From: a virus
Taxonomy: Duplodnaviria > Heunggongvirae > Uroviricota > Caudoviricetes
DNA length: 53,615 nucleotides
Strand: one strand, 5' to 3'
IMG/VR virus record: IMGVR_UViG_3300044568_003085
Below, one piece after another: positions 16,580 through 26,123 of the stretch (position 1 is the stretch's first letter; every line of letters begins with the position of its first letter). A program made the position numbers and the translations under genes. Below the pieces are notes generated by a model. That model did no database searches, had not been told where the DNA came from, and worked only from the letters and a program-made list of their open reading frames with translations.

Positions 16580-17023
16580 ATGGATTTTGCAGGAGATTAT
16601 AAATCAAACAAATTAAAAAGACCAATAGGTTCTGTTGGTTCTTCACTTGAAAGTCATACAGCAACTTGTGTAAGTGAGTTAATGAATGCTGCTACAAGTT
16701 TTCACAAGTTACATTTAAAAGTAACTGGTTTAGGTTCATTTGCTGCACACAAAGCATTGAATGAATTATATGATGCATTACCAGGACATGCTGATGATTT
16801 GGCAGAAGGATTCCAAGGTGCTGCAGAAAAATTATTAAATTATGAAGATTCTGCTCCTAGAATTTTGAATTCTGTTGAAGAAGCATTATCTTATATTAGA
16901 GATTTATATCAACAAGTAACTTCATTACAAGCAGTTATGCCTTATAGTGAAATTGTAAATGATCTTGATATGATCAAAAGTACACTGAATGGTATTAAAT
17001 ATAAATTACTATTCTTAAAATAA
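16580..17023 (+). CDS. ferritin/Dps-like four-helix-bundle protein
   Basis: FHKLH.....FAAHKALNELYD.L....DDLAE.FQG and I.N.LD.I....YKL.FL motifs. Confidence 0.85.
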   Translation: MDFAGDYKSNKLKRPIGSVGSSLESHTATCVSELMNAATSFHKLHLKVTGLGSFAAHKALNELYDALPGHADDLAEGFQGAAEKLLNYEDSAPRILNSVEEALSYIRDLYQQVTSLQAVMPYSEIVNDLDMIKSTLNGIKYKLLFLK

Positions 17024-17052
17024 ATTTTATTATTAACTAAATATTTTTAACT

Positions 17053-18663
17053 ATGTCTTATTTTCCACATGCATTTCAAAAAATGCTCGTTTCCAGTAGC
17101 TTTGTTACTGGTGCTGGAACTGCCACGTCTGCTTTAACAGCTGGACAACTTGCAGTTGTAGATGCTTCAACAAACAAGTCTCTTGTTTTGTCTGGTGCTA
17201 TCTCTTACCAAACATCACCTTTAGTGTATCTTGCACAAGGTAGTTTTCACACAACAGATAAAGTTGGTCCTTTTCACGGAGGTTATCAAGAATCTGTAAA
17301 ATCAAAAGGTATCAATCCAAAGTACATTAGTGCTTTTTATGTGTCTGAGCCAGGTATTCCTGTTCAAGATATTGTAAAAGTTACTGCTACTACTGGATGT
17401 AATATTGCTTGCAATTCTACATACAGATTGAGATTAGATATTAAAGGTTCTCCTGCGTTACGTTTCTTAACTCACAATGCATACTTTACATTAGATGCAT
17501 ATAGTGGATGTTGTGATTCAAGTAACAATAATGTTGATCCTAATGTTCTATTGTTAGGATGGGCAGATAGACTTGCTCTTTATCCAACTGTAAAAGATTT
17601 TGTACAAGCAAAAGTTTGGAATCAAGTTCTTGTTGCTGGTGTTGCTGCTACAGCTACTGCTTCTGCATCTTCTTCTTTAACATTAACTGAAAGAACTGGA
17701 GTTCTTGCTGGTGATAGAGTCGTATTTACTCCGACTACTGCTACTTCTGCAACTACTTCAACAATTGCTGGTAACTTGTTTACTGTAGGTACTGCAACAA
17801 ACACAATTTTCTCTGTAGGGCAAATACTTACTGGAACTAATGTAGCTGTTGGTACAACAATTGTATCTCTTGTTTCTGGTGGTGGTGGAACTGGTTCTAC
17901 TTTCTTAGTAAATATTTCTCAAACTACTGCTTCAACTACAATTAGTTCTGTTTCTCCTGTAACTGCTTATGTATCTTCTGCATATGTTGGAGCTACTGGA
18001 GCTGGTGCTGTTGCTTTGGTTGCTGCTGCAACAATTCAAACACCAAGTGCTACTGCAATTGGTGTTGTAACTACCACTGCTGGTACTGCTGTTCAAGTTT
18101 ATGATTCAATTAATTCTACAACTTATGTACCATTAACTGGTGCTACTTTGCCAGATTCAGTTAATTCATTCTTAGAAATTGTTGGTGCTTATGTAGATAC
18201 TACATTTGGTGATTGTTCATTTTCTCCTAGAGATCACGTTGAATATCAACCAGTTGAAATCTATGCGTCTGTTACTGATACAGCTGGATTACCATGTATA
18301 ACTTCTTGTTTTGTTCCTGCTGATGTTCAACAAGCAGTTCAAGGTAGAGGATATGGTGAAACTCTTATTAGAGAATTGATTCTTGCTAAAAGATATCAAC
18401 AAGAACCTTGGCAACAAGATCCACGTTTGAGAGAGGTATTAGATTATAATCCTTTTGGTGAAATCTCACGTGGTACTAAATATTTTACTTATCACATTTT
18501 ACATAGTGTTCCTCGTAAAGCAAATCCTTCAGGAATGATGGACAACGATCAATACTTAGTAAAAATTGTTACTACTGCAAGAAGTTCTGCATTTGAAACT
18601 GCAATTTCTACTTTATTAACAACTGCTGGTAATTATGACACAGCATTCAAAGTGTTACCATAA
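17053..18663 (+). CDS. auxiliary capsid/head decoration protein with inserted Thr/Ala/Gly-rich beta domain
   Basis: Synteny, strong GCT/ACT/GGT codon bias, and a low-complexity insertion at ~17630-18100 between conserved-looking Cys-containing halves. Confidence 0.65.
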   Translation: MSYFPHAFQKMLVSSSFVTGAGTATSALTAGQLAVVDASTNKSLVLSGAISYQTSPLVYLAQGSFHTTDKVGPFHGGYQESVKSKGINPKYISAFYVSEPGIPVQDIVKVTATTGCNIACNSTYRLRLDIKGSPALRFLTHNAYFTLDAYSGCCDSSNNNVDPNVLLLGWADRLALYPTVKDFVQAKVWNQVLVAGVAATATASASSSLTLTERTGVLAGDRVVFTPTTATSATTSTIAGNLFTVGTATNTIFSVGQILTGTNVAVGTTIVSLVSGGGGTGSTFLVNISQTTASTTISSVSPVTAYVSSAYVGATGAGAVALVAAATIQTPSATAIGVVTTTAGTAVQVYDSINSTTYVPLTGATLPDSVNSFLEIVGAYVDTTFGDCSFSPRDHVEYQPVEIYASVTDTAGLPCITSCFVPADVQQAVQGRGYGETLIRELILAKRYQQEPWQQDPRLREVLDYNPFGEISRGTKYFTYHILHSVPRKANPSGMMDNDQYLVKIVTTARSSAFETAISTLLTTAGNYDTAFKVLP

Positions 18664-18687
18664 CACTATAGTATAGTAATCAAAAAT

Positions 18688-18724
18688 GAGGGGAGATTAA
18701 AAGTCTCTCCTCTTTTTGTTTTAT
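18688..18724 (+). terminator. intrinsic terminator
   Basis: GAGGGGAGAT-TAAAA-GTCTCTCCTC followed by TTTTTGTTTTAT. Confidence 0.85.
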
Positions 18725-18737
18725 TTAATTTTTTTTC

Positions 18738-18754
18738 GTAAATTCTTATTGTAA
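18738..18754 (+). promoter_or_regulatory. recurring intergenic motif copy (GTAAATTCTTATTGTAA)
   Basis: Matches the copies at 26103, 41444 and 43687; lies just after a terminator. Confidence 0.55.
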
Positions 18755-18776
18755 TGATATTAATACTAAATTAGTT

Positions 18777-19361
18777 ATGGCAATTAGACATACCCTCGCA
18801 TTAGATATTCCAGAAACAGCATGTGAAAATATTATAAGAATATTAGACGCATCTGTATATGGTTCAGGATTGGCAATTGATTGTCCAAGACTTGACATAT
18901 ATTTACCTGGATTTTCACTTCCGATATATTACTCAACTGATTTAACATCATTACCACCAAAAGTTTTAGAACCTGGGTTTATTAAAAATCTTTCTACTGC
19001 AGATTTAGGTATTACTGGTAATGATCAACCTATTAGTACTTTTCCTGATGGATTATATACTATTAGATATAGTGTTTCACCTAATGATACTGTTTACGTT
19101 CAGTACTATCATTTAAGAACAACAACATTAACAAATACATATTATAGAGAAATTTGTAAAGTTCAATTACAAGCGTGTGAACCAAATGCAGAACAACATC
19201 AAAGATTGCATGATTTAAGATATATTAAAATGTATATCGATGCTGCAAAAGCAAAAGCAGAATATTGTCATGCACCTGTTCAAGCTGTAGAAATGTATCA
19301 ATATGCTGAAAGATTGTTAGCAAAGTATTTAACAGGATGTTGTGTTTCATGTACAAATTAA
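18777..19361 (+). CDS. tail hub/collar-like protein
   Basis: D.S.Y...L.I.LPG and PDG.Y.I.YSV.P patterns and position match crAss hub-type proteins; C-terminal Cys cluster. Confidence 0.6.
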   Translation: MAIRHTLALDIPETACENIIRILDASVYGSGLAIDCPRLDIYLPGFSLPIYYSTDLTSLPPKVLEPGFIKNLSTADLGITGNDQPISTFPDGLYTIRYSVSPNDTVYVQYYHLRTTTLTNTYYREICKVQLQACEPNAEQHQRLHDLRYIKMYIDAAKAKAEYCHAPVQAVEMYQYAERLLAKYLTGCCVSCTN

Positions 19362-19378
19362 CCAATAAATAATAACCA

Positions 19379-19534
19379 ATGGCAAATTGTAATAACTGTC
19401 AAACTGCACTTGGATGTAGTTGTCAACAAAGAAAAGCAACCGATGGAAAAGTTGTTTGTAATAATTGTTTAGTAAGTTATGAGAATAAACTTGTAGATAA
19501 AATGAATTCTGCAAATAGAACTATAAAAAAATAA
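19379..19534 (+). CDS. 51-aa Cys-rich peptide (CNNC...CSC...CNNC)
   Basis: Translated by hand (MANCNNCQTALGCSCQQRKATDGKVVCNNCLVSYENKLVDKMNSANRTIKK); fills the gap; six Cys. Confidence 0.75.
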   Translation: MANCNNCQTALGCSCQQRKATDGKVVCNNCLVSYENKLVDKMNSANRTIKK

Positions 19535-19536
19535 AA

Positions 19537-19761
19537 ATGGATCCATTAATTCGTATAAATGAAGTATTTGCACAAACTATTTATGCAAGATACAAACGTA
19601 AAAGATATGGTTTAAAAAACTGTTCTGCACTTATTAATGAAGATTTAGCAGATGATTTACGTAATTTATTAATACGTGCAAGAGAAATGGAAAATTGTAG
19701 TTGTATTATGAGTAACAGTTGTTCATTAGCAAAAATTGAAGAAAAAATAAATACACTTTAA
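19537..19761 (+). CDS. small structural protein (possible second hub subunit)
   Basis: 74 aa; FA..IY.....RYG...C pattern; tightly coupled to neighbours. Confidence 0.6.
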   Translation: MDPLIRINEVFAQTIYARYKRKRYGLKNCSALINEDLADDLRNLLIRAREMENCSCIMSNSCSLAKIEEKINTL

Positions 19762-19762
19762 A

Positions 19763-21370
19763 ATGGGAGTACCAGTAAATAATCCAGGTTCTAATAGAGA
19801 GAACTGTCCTAAAATATCTTCAGCATGTGTTATTTGGCAAGGTCCAAATATTCCATGTATTAATTTATGTGCTGGTGATGCTATTGATGAAGTTGTATTT
19901 AAACTTGCAACATTATTATGTACTATTTCTGAAGGCATTGTTGATGTATCTGCATTAGATTTTCAATGCATATTAGACCCAACTTCTCAACAACCAACTA
20001 ATTTACAAGATTCAATACAATTGATTATTGATTATATTTGTAGTTCTGGAAATGCTTCATTTTTAAGAACTGCAAATCCTTTATTAGCAAAATCATTAAG
20101 TACATTTTCTACTGGTGATGTATTACCATTACCTCAATGTTTATATTACACAGATGAAAATAATGATTTAATTACAGCATTACCACAATCTGAATATATT
20201 GTTTATGTAGCTACAAAACTATGTGATTTGACTTTAACTGTAAGTTTACACACAGGAAGTATAAATGCATTAAACACAAGAGTTAATGCATTACAAGCAG
20301 CGATAGACGCTATACCACCATCATCATCTACAGATATTTATATTATATCACAATGTGCATCAAGTTATGCACCTAATCTAAGAATATTAATTCAAGATGC
20401 TTTTACTAATTTAGAAAGAAATTATTGTAATCTTCTTTCAACTTTAGGTACAACAGATTCAATTATCAATGGTGTTAATAGACAAATTCCAAACTTATCT
20501 AATTTACCACAACTTGTAAATACTAATTTATATATGCGACAAATTCCAGGATGGATTCCAAATCCAAATGGAATAGGTAATAGTTTAGCAAATCTTTGGT
20601 TGACAGTAAATGATATAAGAACAAGATTACAAATTTATATTAATGAAATTGTAACAATACCTTGTATTTTAGCTTTACCAGAAAATCTTGAAATAACAAC
20701 AATTGCCTCATTGTATTCTACATTAGTATTTGATAGTCCAAATTTAGGTGGAATAGAAAGACCTTTGTCATATCAAGTTGAAGTTTATGATCTTACAGAT
20801 ACACTTTTTACAAATCCATTATTTTCAACAATTATTGTCGAAACTAATTTTCAAAAAACTGTAAACATTATTAGTGGTAATTTAGTACCAAATGTAGATT
20901 ATAGAATTAATGTAGTATCAATTTATACATGTGGAACATCTAACCCTTCTTTTATAATATCTAAATTATTAACATTAGATAATTTATATACAGTTGTTGT
21001 AGGTTATAGTGATACTACATCAATTATGTTGTGTGATGGAAAAGATGAATTTTCTTTAATTACTAGCGATTTAACTTTAACTCTTGTAACAATATCAGGT
21101 GGAATTCCTGTAAAAAATCTTGATGCAGAACCTATTATAGTAAAAGTTAGATTCCAAACATTAAGTTGTGGAAGTGTTGAACCTATTACGCAAGATGTAG
21201 ATTTAGAAATTTTATTTAATACTGATTCTGTAACATATTCATTTGTAAAAGAACAAGGAATAATTTGTAATAATGGAACTTGTGGTTTAAGTGTAACATC
21301 ATTATCTTGTGGTGTAAGTATTTCGCAACAACTTATTGAATTTACTGGTGATTTATTACCTTGTGTATAA
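19763..21370 (+). CDS. Cys-rich fibre protein with coiled coil and fibronectin type III-like domain
   Basis: N-terminal CV.W.G..I.C domain; INALNTRVNALQAAIDA heptads; PENL...S.L.F..P...Y.V...L.P...Y.I.V...G.S at ~20675-20955. Confidence 0.75.
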   Translation: MGVPVNNPGSNRENCPKISSACVIWQGPNIPCINLCAGDAIDEVVFKLATLLCTISEGIVDVSALDFQCILDPTSQQPTNLQDSIQLIIDYICSSGNASFLRTANPLLAKSLSTFSTGDVLPLPQCLYYTDENNDLITALPQSEYIVYVATKLCDLTLTVSLHTGSINALNTRVNALQAAIDAIPPSSSTDIYIISQCASSYAPNLRILIQDAFTNLERNYCNLLSTLGTTDSIINGVNRQIPNLSNLPQLVNTNLYMRQIPGWIPNPNGIGNSLANLWLTVNDIRTRLQIYINEIVTIPCILALPENLEITTIASLYSTLVFDSPNLGGIERPLSYQVEVYDLTDTLFTNPLFSTIIVETNFQKTVNIISGNLVPNVDYRINVVSIYTCGTSNPSFIISKLLTLDNLYTVVVGYSDTTSIMLCDGKDEFSLITSDLTLTLVTISGGIPVKNLDAEPIIVKVRFQTLSCGSVEPITQDVDLEILFNTDSVTYSFVKEQGIICNNGTCGLSVTSLSCGVSISQQLIEFTGDLLPCV

Positions 21371-21392
21371 TAATTAAATAAAAAATAATATC

Positions 21393-22217
21393 ATGGCTTG
21401 TACAGATCCAAATTGTAATACCGCATGTAACTGTAATCAGTGTTGTCCACCAACTCCACCTCCAGTACCACCAACCCCTCCTGTATGTATAGGAACACAA
21501 TGTGAAGAAGTTTACGATGCAGCATGTGTTAATTACTCTGGTCCTGCAATAGAATGTATGGGCATTACTGTAGGATTATCTTTAAATAACATTATTCAAT
21601 TGTTTGCTGCAAAACTTTGTGATTGTTGCAGTACTGTAAAATGTATAAACCCAATTGAATACTTTTTTACAAGAGTAGCATTTTGGTATAATATTAAAAA
21701 AGCTGAGACTCCTGCATATAAAGTAGCAGATGCGTATGAACTTATTACAAAAGAAGGAGGTTTAACTTTAAAAAAATGTGATTATTGTTGTCCAGATGGA
21801 TCATTTTACGGATTAATATTAAACAATGCTACATTAATAGATGATTTGACAAATTATAATAATGGTGTTTTAATACCTATTTCTGAACCATGCACTAATT
21901 GTCAAACAAATTATAATGAATGTGCAACAACATTTTTAACATTATTTGATCCAACATTAAATGGCACTGCTGTACCTCCAATTACATCTTTAAATATTTC
22001 TGAATTTGCTGGATTTAATGGTGAATCTGGATTGTGTACATTAAATACTGTTTTACCAAACTTGTTTACATATAATGAAATAACGTCTCTTATGCAAAAT
22101 ATAAAAAAAGATGGTTTTATAATTACATGTGATTCTGAAAATGGAAATCTTTGGATGGGTTCATTAGCTAGTTATGGAAGTTATATTTGTAATATGAGTA
22201 ATGAATGTTTAACTTAA
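21393..22217 (+). CDS. Cys/Pro-rich fibre-associated protein
   Basis: Same CV.Y.G....C docking-like domain as 19763 and 22893; C-terminal domain paralogous to 22233..22880. Confidence 0.75.
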   Translation: MACTDPNCNTACNCNQCCPPTPPPVPPTPPVCIGTQCEEVYDAACVNYSGPAIECMGITVGLSLNNIIQLFAAKLCDCCSTVKCINPIEYFFTRVAFWYNIKKAETPAYKVADAYELITKEGGLTLKKCDYCCPDGSFYGLILNNATLIDDLTNYNNGVLIPISEPCTNCQTNYNECATTFLTLFDPTLNGTAVPPITSLNISEFAGFNGESGLCTLNTVLPNLFTYNEITSLMQNIKKDGFIITCDSENGNLWMGSLASYGSYICNMSNECLT

Positions 22218-22232
22218 TTAAATAAAAAAATC

Positions 22233-22880
22233 ATGAGTACATGTATTAATCCAATTGTAAATTATATAGAACAAATAATTGCAATAAGCGAAAATCAAAG
22301 TATATCAATTCCACAAGCATTTGCTGATAATAAATTTTTACCTATTACTGTGCTTGGAGCATGTGAATTAGGATGTAGTGATTTATATATAATTGCACCT
22401 ATGCGTTTTAATAATGGTAATAATGCCATTGAACAACTTTATGGTGAATGCGGTTATGTCTTTAATAATCCTTGTTGTTTTAATTATGAATTGCAATCTT
22501 ATCAAGATTATCCTTTAATAAATAACATTAGAACTACATTTGGTGAAACAGAATTATTAACATGTTGTAATAGTTTTAATAAATGTACTGAAGATTATTA
22601 TGAACTTATAACTGCTGAATATCAGTTTCATCCAAATTATAATTCTGGATATTATAAGAAAGGGTTGTTTGAATTTAATACTTTAAATGGTGATTCAGGT
22701 TTATGTGATTTATTAGAATTTTTAAAAACATTACCAACATCACCTGTTTTTCCTGGTGATATATTGCAAGAAGTATTAGATCAATTTTTGTCAGATGGGT
22801 TTGTTGCGTATTATGACAGTGCCACCTCAACATTATATGCTGGTACAGTAACTGGATTTTGTTTATTCATAAACCCATAA
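22233..22880 (+). CDS. Cys-rich protein paralogous to the C-terminal domain of 21393..22217
   Basis: Shared CINPI, EF...NG.SGLC.L and DGF....D.....L..G....(Y/F) motifs. Confidence 0.75.
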   Translation: MSTCINPIVNYIEQIIAISENQSISIPQAFADNKFLPITVLGACELGCSDLYIIAPMRFNNGNNAIEQLYGECGYVFNNPCCFNYELQSYQDYPLINNIRTTFGETELLTCCNSFNKCTEDYYELITAEYQFHPNYNSGYYKKGLFEFNTLNGDSGLCDLLEFLKTLPTSPVFPGDILQEVLDQFLSDGFVAYYDSATSTLYAGTVTGFCLFINP

Positions 22881-22892
22881 ATATTTAAAAAT

Positions 22893-24659
22893 ATGTTTCC
22901 AAATACACCATGTCCTGATTGTCCACCATGTCCTAGTACAATTACACCTTTACCATTACCTGATTTATCAGATATAGTATGTAATAGTACTTATGATTCT
23001 ACATGCGTAATGTATACTGGGAATGATATTGATTGTATTGGTATTTTAAATGGAATGTTTCTTGATCAAGTGTTACAAATTTTAAGTAGTAATGCGTGTA
23101 CATGTTGTGAAGGATTTCCTTTATTTACATATCAAGCAGCTAGACTAATAACAGATACTAAAGGAGGAGCATTAACTTTACAACCAGTATGTGATAATCC
23201 AAATGATTTTGCTAATCATCAATTAGTTTATGTTTATAGACCAAATAATGTGTTTTCAAATACAATATCTATAACTGATACAATATATAAGTATAATAAA
23301 ATTGATAAATATACAACACCAAATTTATATTATGGAATACAACTATTATCAAGTACAGAAATAAATACAATAAGACTTGATAATACAGGTGCTATAACTG
23401 AAAAATATCTTTGCAACTTTCCAATTTTTGATAAATTTTATATTGGAACAAATCAATCAACTAATCCTATTTCTGGAACAGTTGTTTATAAAGATCAGTT
23501 AAACAATAATCTAACATATCCAGGTATATATAATAATTTATGTGCATCTGTGTATAATGCAATATCAATTGTTTCTGAAACAAATGTGATTAGTCCTTGT
23601 CCTATTGTAAGTGCTCATGGATATTTTGTTTCAGCAAATACAACAAGTACTGCTTTTGTAACATATACTGATAGATATAATGTACAACAAACATTGACAT
23701 TATCAAATTCAAGTTTAACACACCATAAAATTTTTACAATAATTGCAAAAAGTATTGATGTGCCACCTGTGTATATTGCTAAGATTATTACAACTTATAC
23801 TACTCATGTTGAAGATCGGTATAATTGTAGAAAATATAAATTTATAAATAATCCATCAGGTAAATCATTTTTTTGGGAATATAAAGATCCTACATCAGGA
23901 TTAATAGTTAGTGGTTCATCTCTTCCTGGCACACCTTATTTAAATGAAAATTTTGATTCAGGTGCAATACCAGATACAAGTGATCCTTACACAACAATAT
24001 GGACATTGCCATCAGGAGTATGGATGATGTTTAATACTGGTTCAGGTGTGTCAGCAGCTCGTAATTGGGGACCAAGTGCAACTTATTTTACTTCTTCACC
24101 AACATCAATTTATGCAAGACGTACTACTGCGCTTACAGTTGGTGAAACTGTATCTGTATTTATAGCATCTCCTTTAATTACAATATTACCAAATTCACAA
24201 TTATCATTTAAAGTTAGAAGAAATGAAGGTGGTGATACTGATACTAAATTATTAATAAGAATAGGTTATCCACCTTACCCTCAAGATGATCCTAGTAATT
24301 TTCCAGTAATTGTAAAAGAATATATATGCGCTGGTTTAGATGATGGTAATTTATCATATGATCCAATAACAAATCCTACTGCAACATATTCTACATGGGT
24401 AGAAAAAATTGTTGATTTATCATCATATGCTGGACAAACATGTTATCTTGCTTTTAATAGACAAATGTTTATAGACATATTAGGTACTTCTTTTAGTGGT
24501 AGTGGAATTTATATTGATGATATAAAACTGCAAATAAAACCTGCTCTTGGACAAATTTTTCCTGCAAAAGATTACTTTACTTATACTCGTGGTGATGGTG
24601 ATAATTCATTACTTCCTTTATCTAATGATAATGTATTAGATGATGATGGATATTGTTAA
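22893..24659 (+). CDS. putative receptor-binding fibre with cleaved-adhesin (gingipain/choice-of-anchor J-like) domain
   Basis: LNENFDSG...SPLI...LSF.V...WVEKIVDLSSYAGQTCYLAF...IYIDDIKL at ~23937-24533; N-terminal docking-like Cys domain. Confidence 0.75.
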   Translation: MFPNTPCPDCPPCPSTITPLPLPDLSDIVCNSTYDSTCVMYTGNDIDCIGILNGMFLDQVLQILSSNACTCCEGFPLFTYQAARLITDTKGGALTLQPVCDNPNDFANHQLVYVYRPNNVFSNTISITDTIYKYNKIDKYTTPNLYYGIQLLSSTEINTIRLDNTGAITEKYLCNFPIFDKFYIGTNQSTNPISGTVVYKDQLNNNLTYPGIYNNLCASVYNAISIVSETNVISPCPIVSAHGYFVSANTTSTAFVTYTDRYNVQQTLTLSNSSLTHHKIFTIIAKSIDVPPVYIAKIITTYTTHVEDRYNCRKYKFINNPSGKSFFWEYKDPTSGLIVSGSSLPGTPYLNENFDSGAIPDTSDPYTTIWTLPSGVWMMFNTGSGVSAARNWGPSATYFTSSPTSIYARRTTALTVGETVSVFIASPLITILPNSQLSFKVRRNEGGDTDTKLLIRIGYPPYPQDDPSNFPVIVKEYICAGLDDGNLSYDPITNPTATYSTWVEKIVDLSSYAGQTCYLAFNRQMFIDILGTSFSGSGIYIDDIKLQIKPALGQIFPAKDYFTYTRGDGDNSLLPLSNDNVLDDDGYC

Positions 24660-24717
24660 ATAATACTTAAATAATATATCAGAAATGGTTTGTTGGTTTT
24701 CCATTTTTGAGGAACTT

Positions 24718-24746
24718 CCCTCGTGTAACAACGAGGGTTGTTTTTT
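24718..24746 (+). terminator. intrinsic terminator
   Basis: CCCTCGT-GTAACA-ACGAGGG followed by TTGTTTTTT. Confidence 0.85.
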
Positions 24747-24762
24747 ATAACAAAAAAATAAC

Positions 24763-24770
24763 TACATTTG
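24763..24770 (+). promoter_or_regulatory. -7 promoter element TACATTTG
   Basis: Exact TAnnTTTG between the terminator and the ATG at 24795. Confidence 0.6.
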
Positions 24771-24794
24771 TACAAACTCTAAATAACTAATAAT

Positions 24795-26063
24795 ATGACA
24801 CTTATCACAAAACTAGTTTACCAAGGATTAAAACGAAAGAATTCTAATGAGAAAGAAGCAGCAAGATTAAACTTATCTATTTTTGATTACAAAACAATTA
24901 AAAAAGAAGTTACAAATACAATATATAATTTATCAGATAATACTGAAATTAATGATGAGTTATTTTTAAAAATACAAAACAAAATTTTAATATCAAAAGA
25001 AGAAAAAGTTAGAATAACTGACATACATGAAAATGTCGAAGCAGGCACAAGTAAGATTTCAGCAATATCTTCTACAGAACCAAAAACACCAAATGAAATA
25101 ATTGCATTATTAGGAATAGACACAACACAATGGAAGTTGTCACAATTCTGGAATAAAGAACAAAATAATAAATGGTTAGTTTCAGCATTAATAACTAGAC
25201 TACCAATGGAACAAAAAGTTCAAACTTCATTTATGCAAGAACTTTCCACATACAAACTACCAGTATTTCCTAAACTTGACCCCGCAAATATAAATTCAGA
25301 TTCTTCTGAAAAAGTTTGTGGGGTTATTTCATTACAAGATCTTCATTTTGGTAAAGTAGGTAATGAAGATATGCATAAGATAATGGAAAAAGCTGTATTG
25401 TATTTAGTAGGCAAAGCGTTTCGTAATTATAATATAGAAAAAATTATATTTATTATAGGACCAGATACTTTGAATATGGATACTTTTGATGGAACAACCA
25501 CAAAAGGAACACTTGTAGAAAATTCTGAAGTTGCAACTAAAGCATATGTAAAAGCATTTAATGCTGTATGTAGTGCAATTACTACTTTAAAAAATTATTG
25601 TGAACATTTAGAAGTTGTATTTGTTCCAGGTAATCATGATAGATTATCTTCTTTTCATATGATACATGCTGCTGCACAAGTTTTTAGACAACAGTTTGAT
25701 ATAACATTTAATGTTGAATATTCTGAACGTAAAGTAATTACATATGGTAAATGTATGATTGCTGTTGAACATGGTGATGCATCTTCAAAAAATAATCCAT
25801 TAGTATATGCTGTTGAATTTCCTACCGAATGGGGTAACACAACTCATCGTATATTATATACTGGACATTATCATGGTAGAAAAACAAAAGAGGTTATAAC
25901 AGAAAATGAAGAACAAGGTTTTGTAACACGTATAATACCAGCATTAACTTCTTCTGATTATTATCATTATCATAATAAATGGACTGGTAATCAACGTTCT
26001 GCTATAATGCATATACATGACGCTAACAAAGGTCTCATCTCTGAATTTGTTTACTCAGTGTAA
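24795..26063 (+). CDS. calcineurin-like metallophosphoesterase (SbcD/Mre11-like motifs)
   Basis: DLHFG, GPD, GNHD, HGD and GHYH motifs in order. Confidence 0.9.
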   Translation: MTLITKLVYQGLKRKNSNEKEAARLNLSIFDYKTIKKEVTNTIYNLSDNTEINDELFLKIQNKILISKEEKVRITDIHENVEAGTSKISAISSTEPKTPNEIIALLGIDTTQWKLSQFWNKEQNNKWLVSALITRLPMEQKVQTSFMQELSTYKLPVFPKLDPANINSDSSEKVCGVISLQDLHFGKVGNEDMHKIMEKAVLYLVGKAFRNYNIEKIIFIIGPDTLNMDTFDGTTTKGTLVENSEVATKAYVKAFNAVCSAITTLKNYCEHLEVVFVPGNHDRLSSFHMIHAAAQVFRQQFDITFNVEYSERKVITYGKCMIAVEHGDASSKNNPLVYAVEFPTEWGNTTHRILYTGHYHGRKTKEVITENEEQGFVTRIIPALTSSDYYHYHNKWTGNQRSAIMHIHDANKGLISEFVYSV

Positions 26064-26102
26064 GATAAATGAATAAATGCTTTAATATGTTCATAATTTT
26101 TA

Positions 26103-26119
26103 GTAAATTCTTAATGTAA
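26103..26119 (+). promoter_or_regulatory. recurring intergenic motif copy (GTAAATTCTTAATGTAA)
   Basis: Intergenic, 4 nt before the ATG at 26124. Confidence 0.55.
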
Positions 26120-26123
26120 ATAG

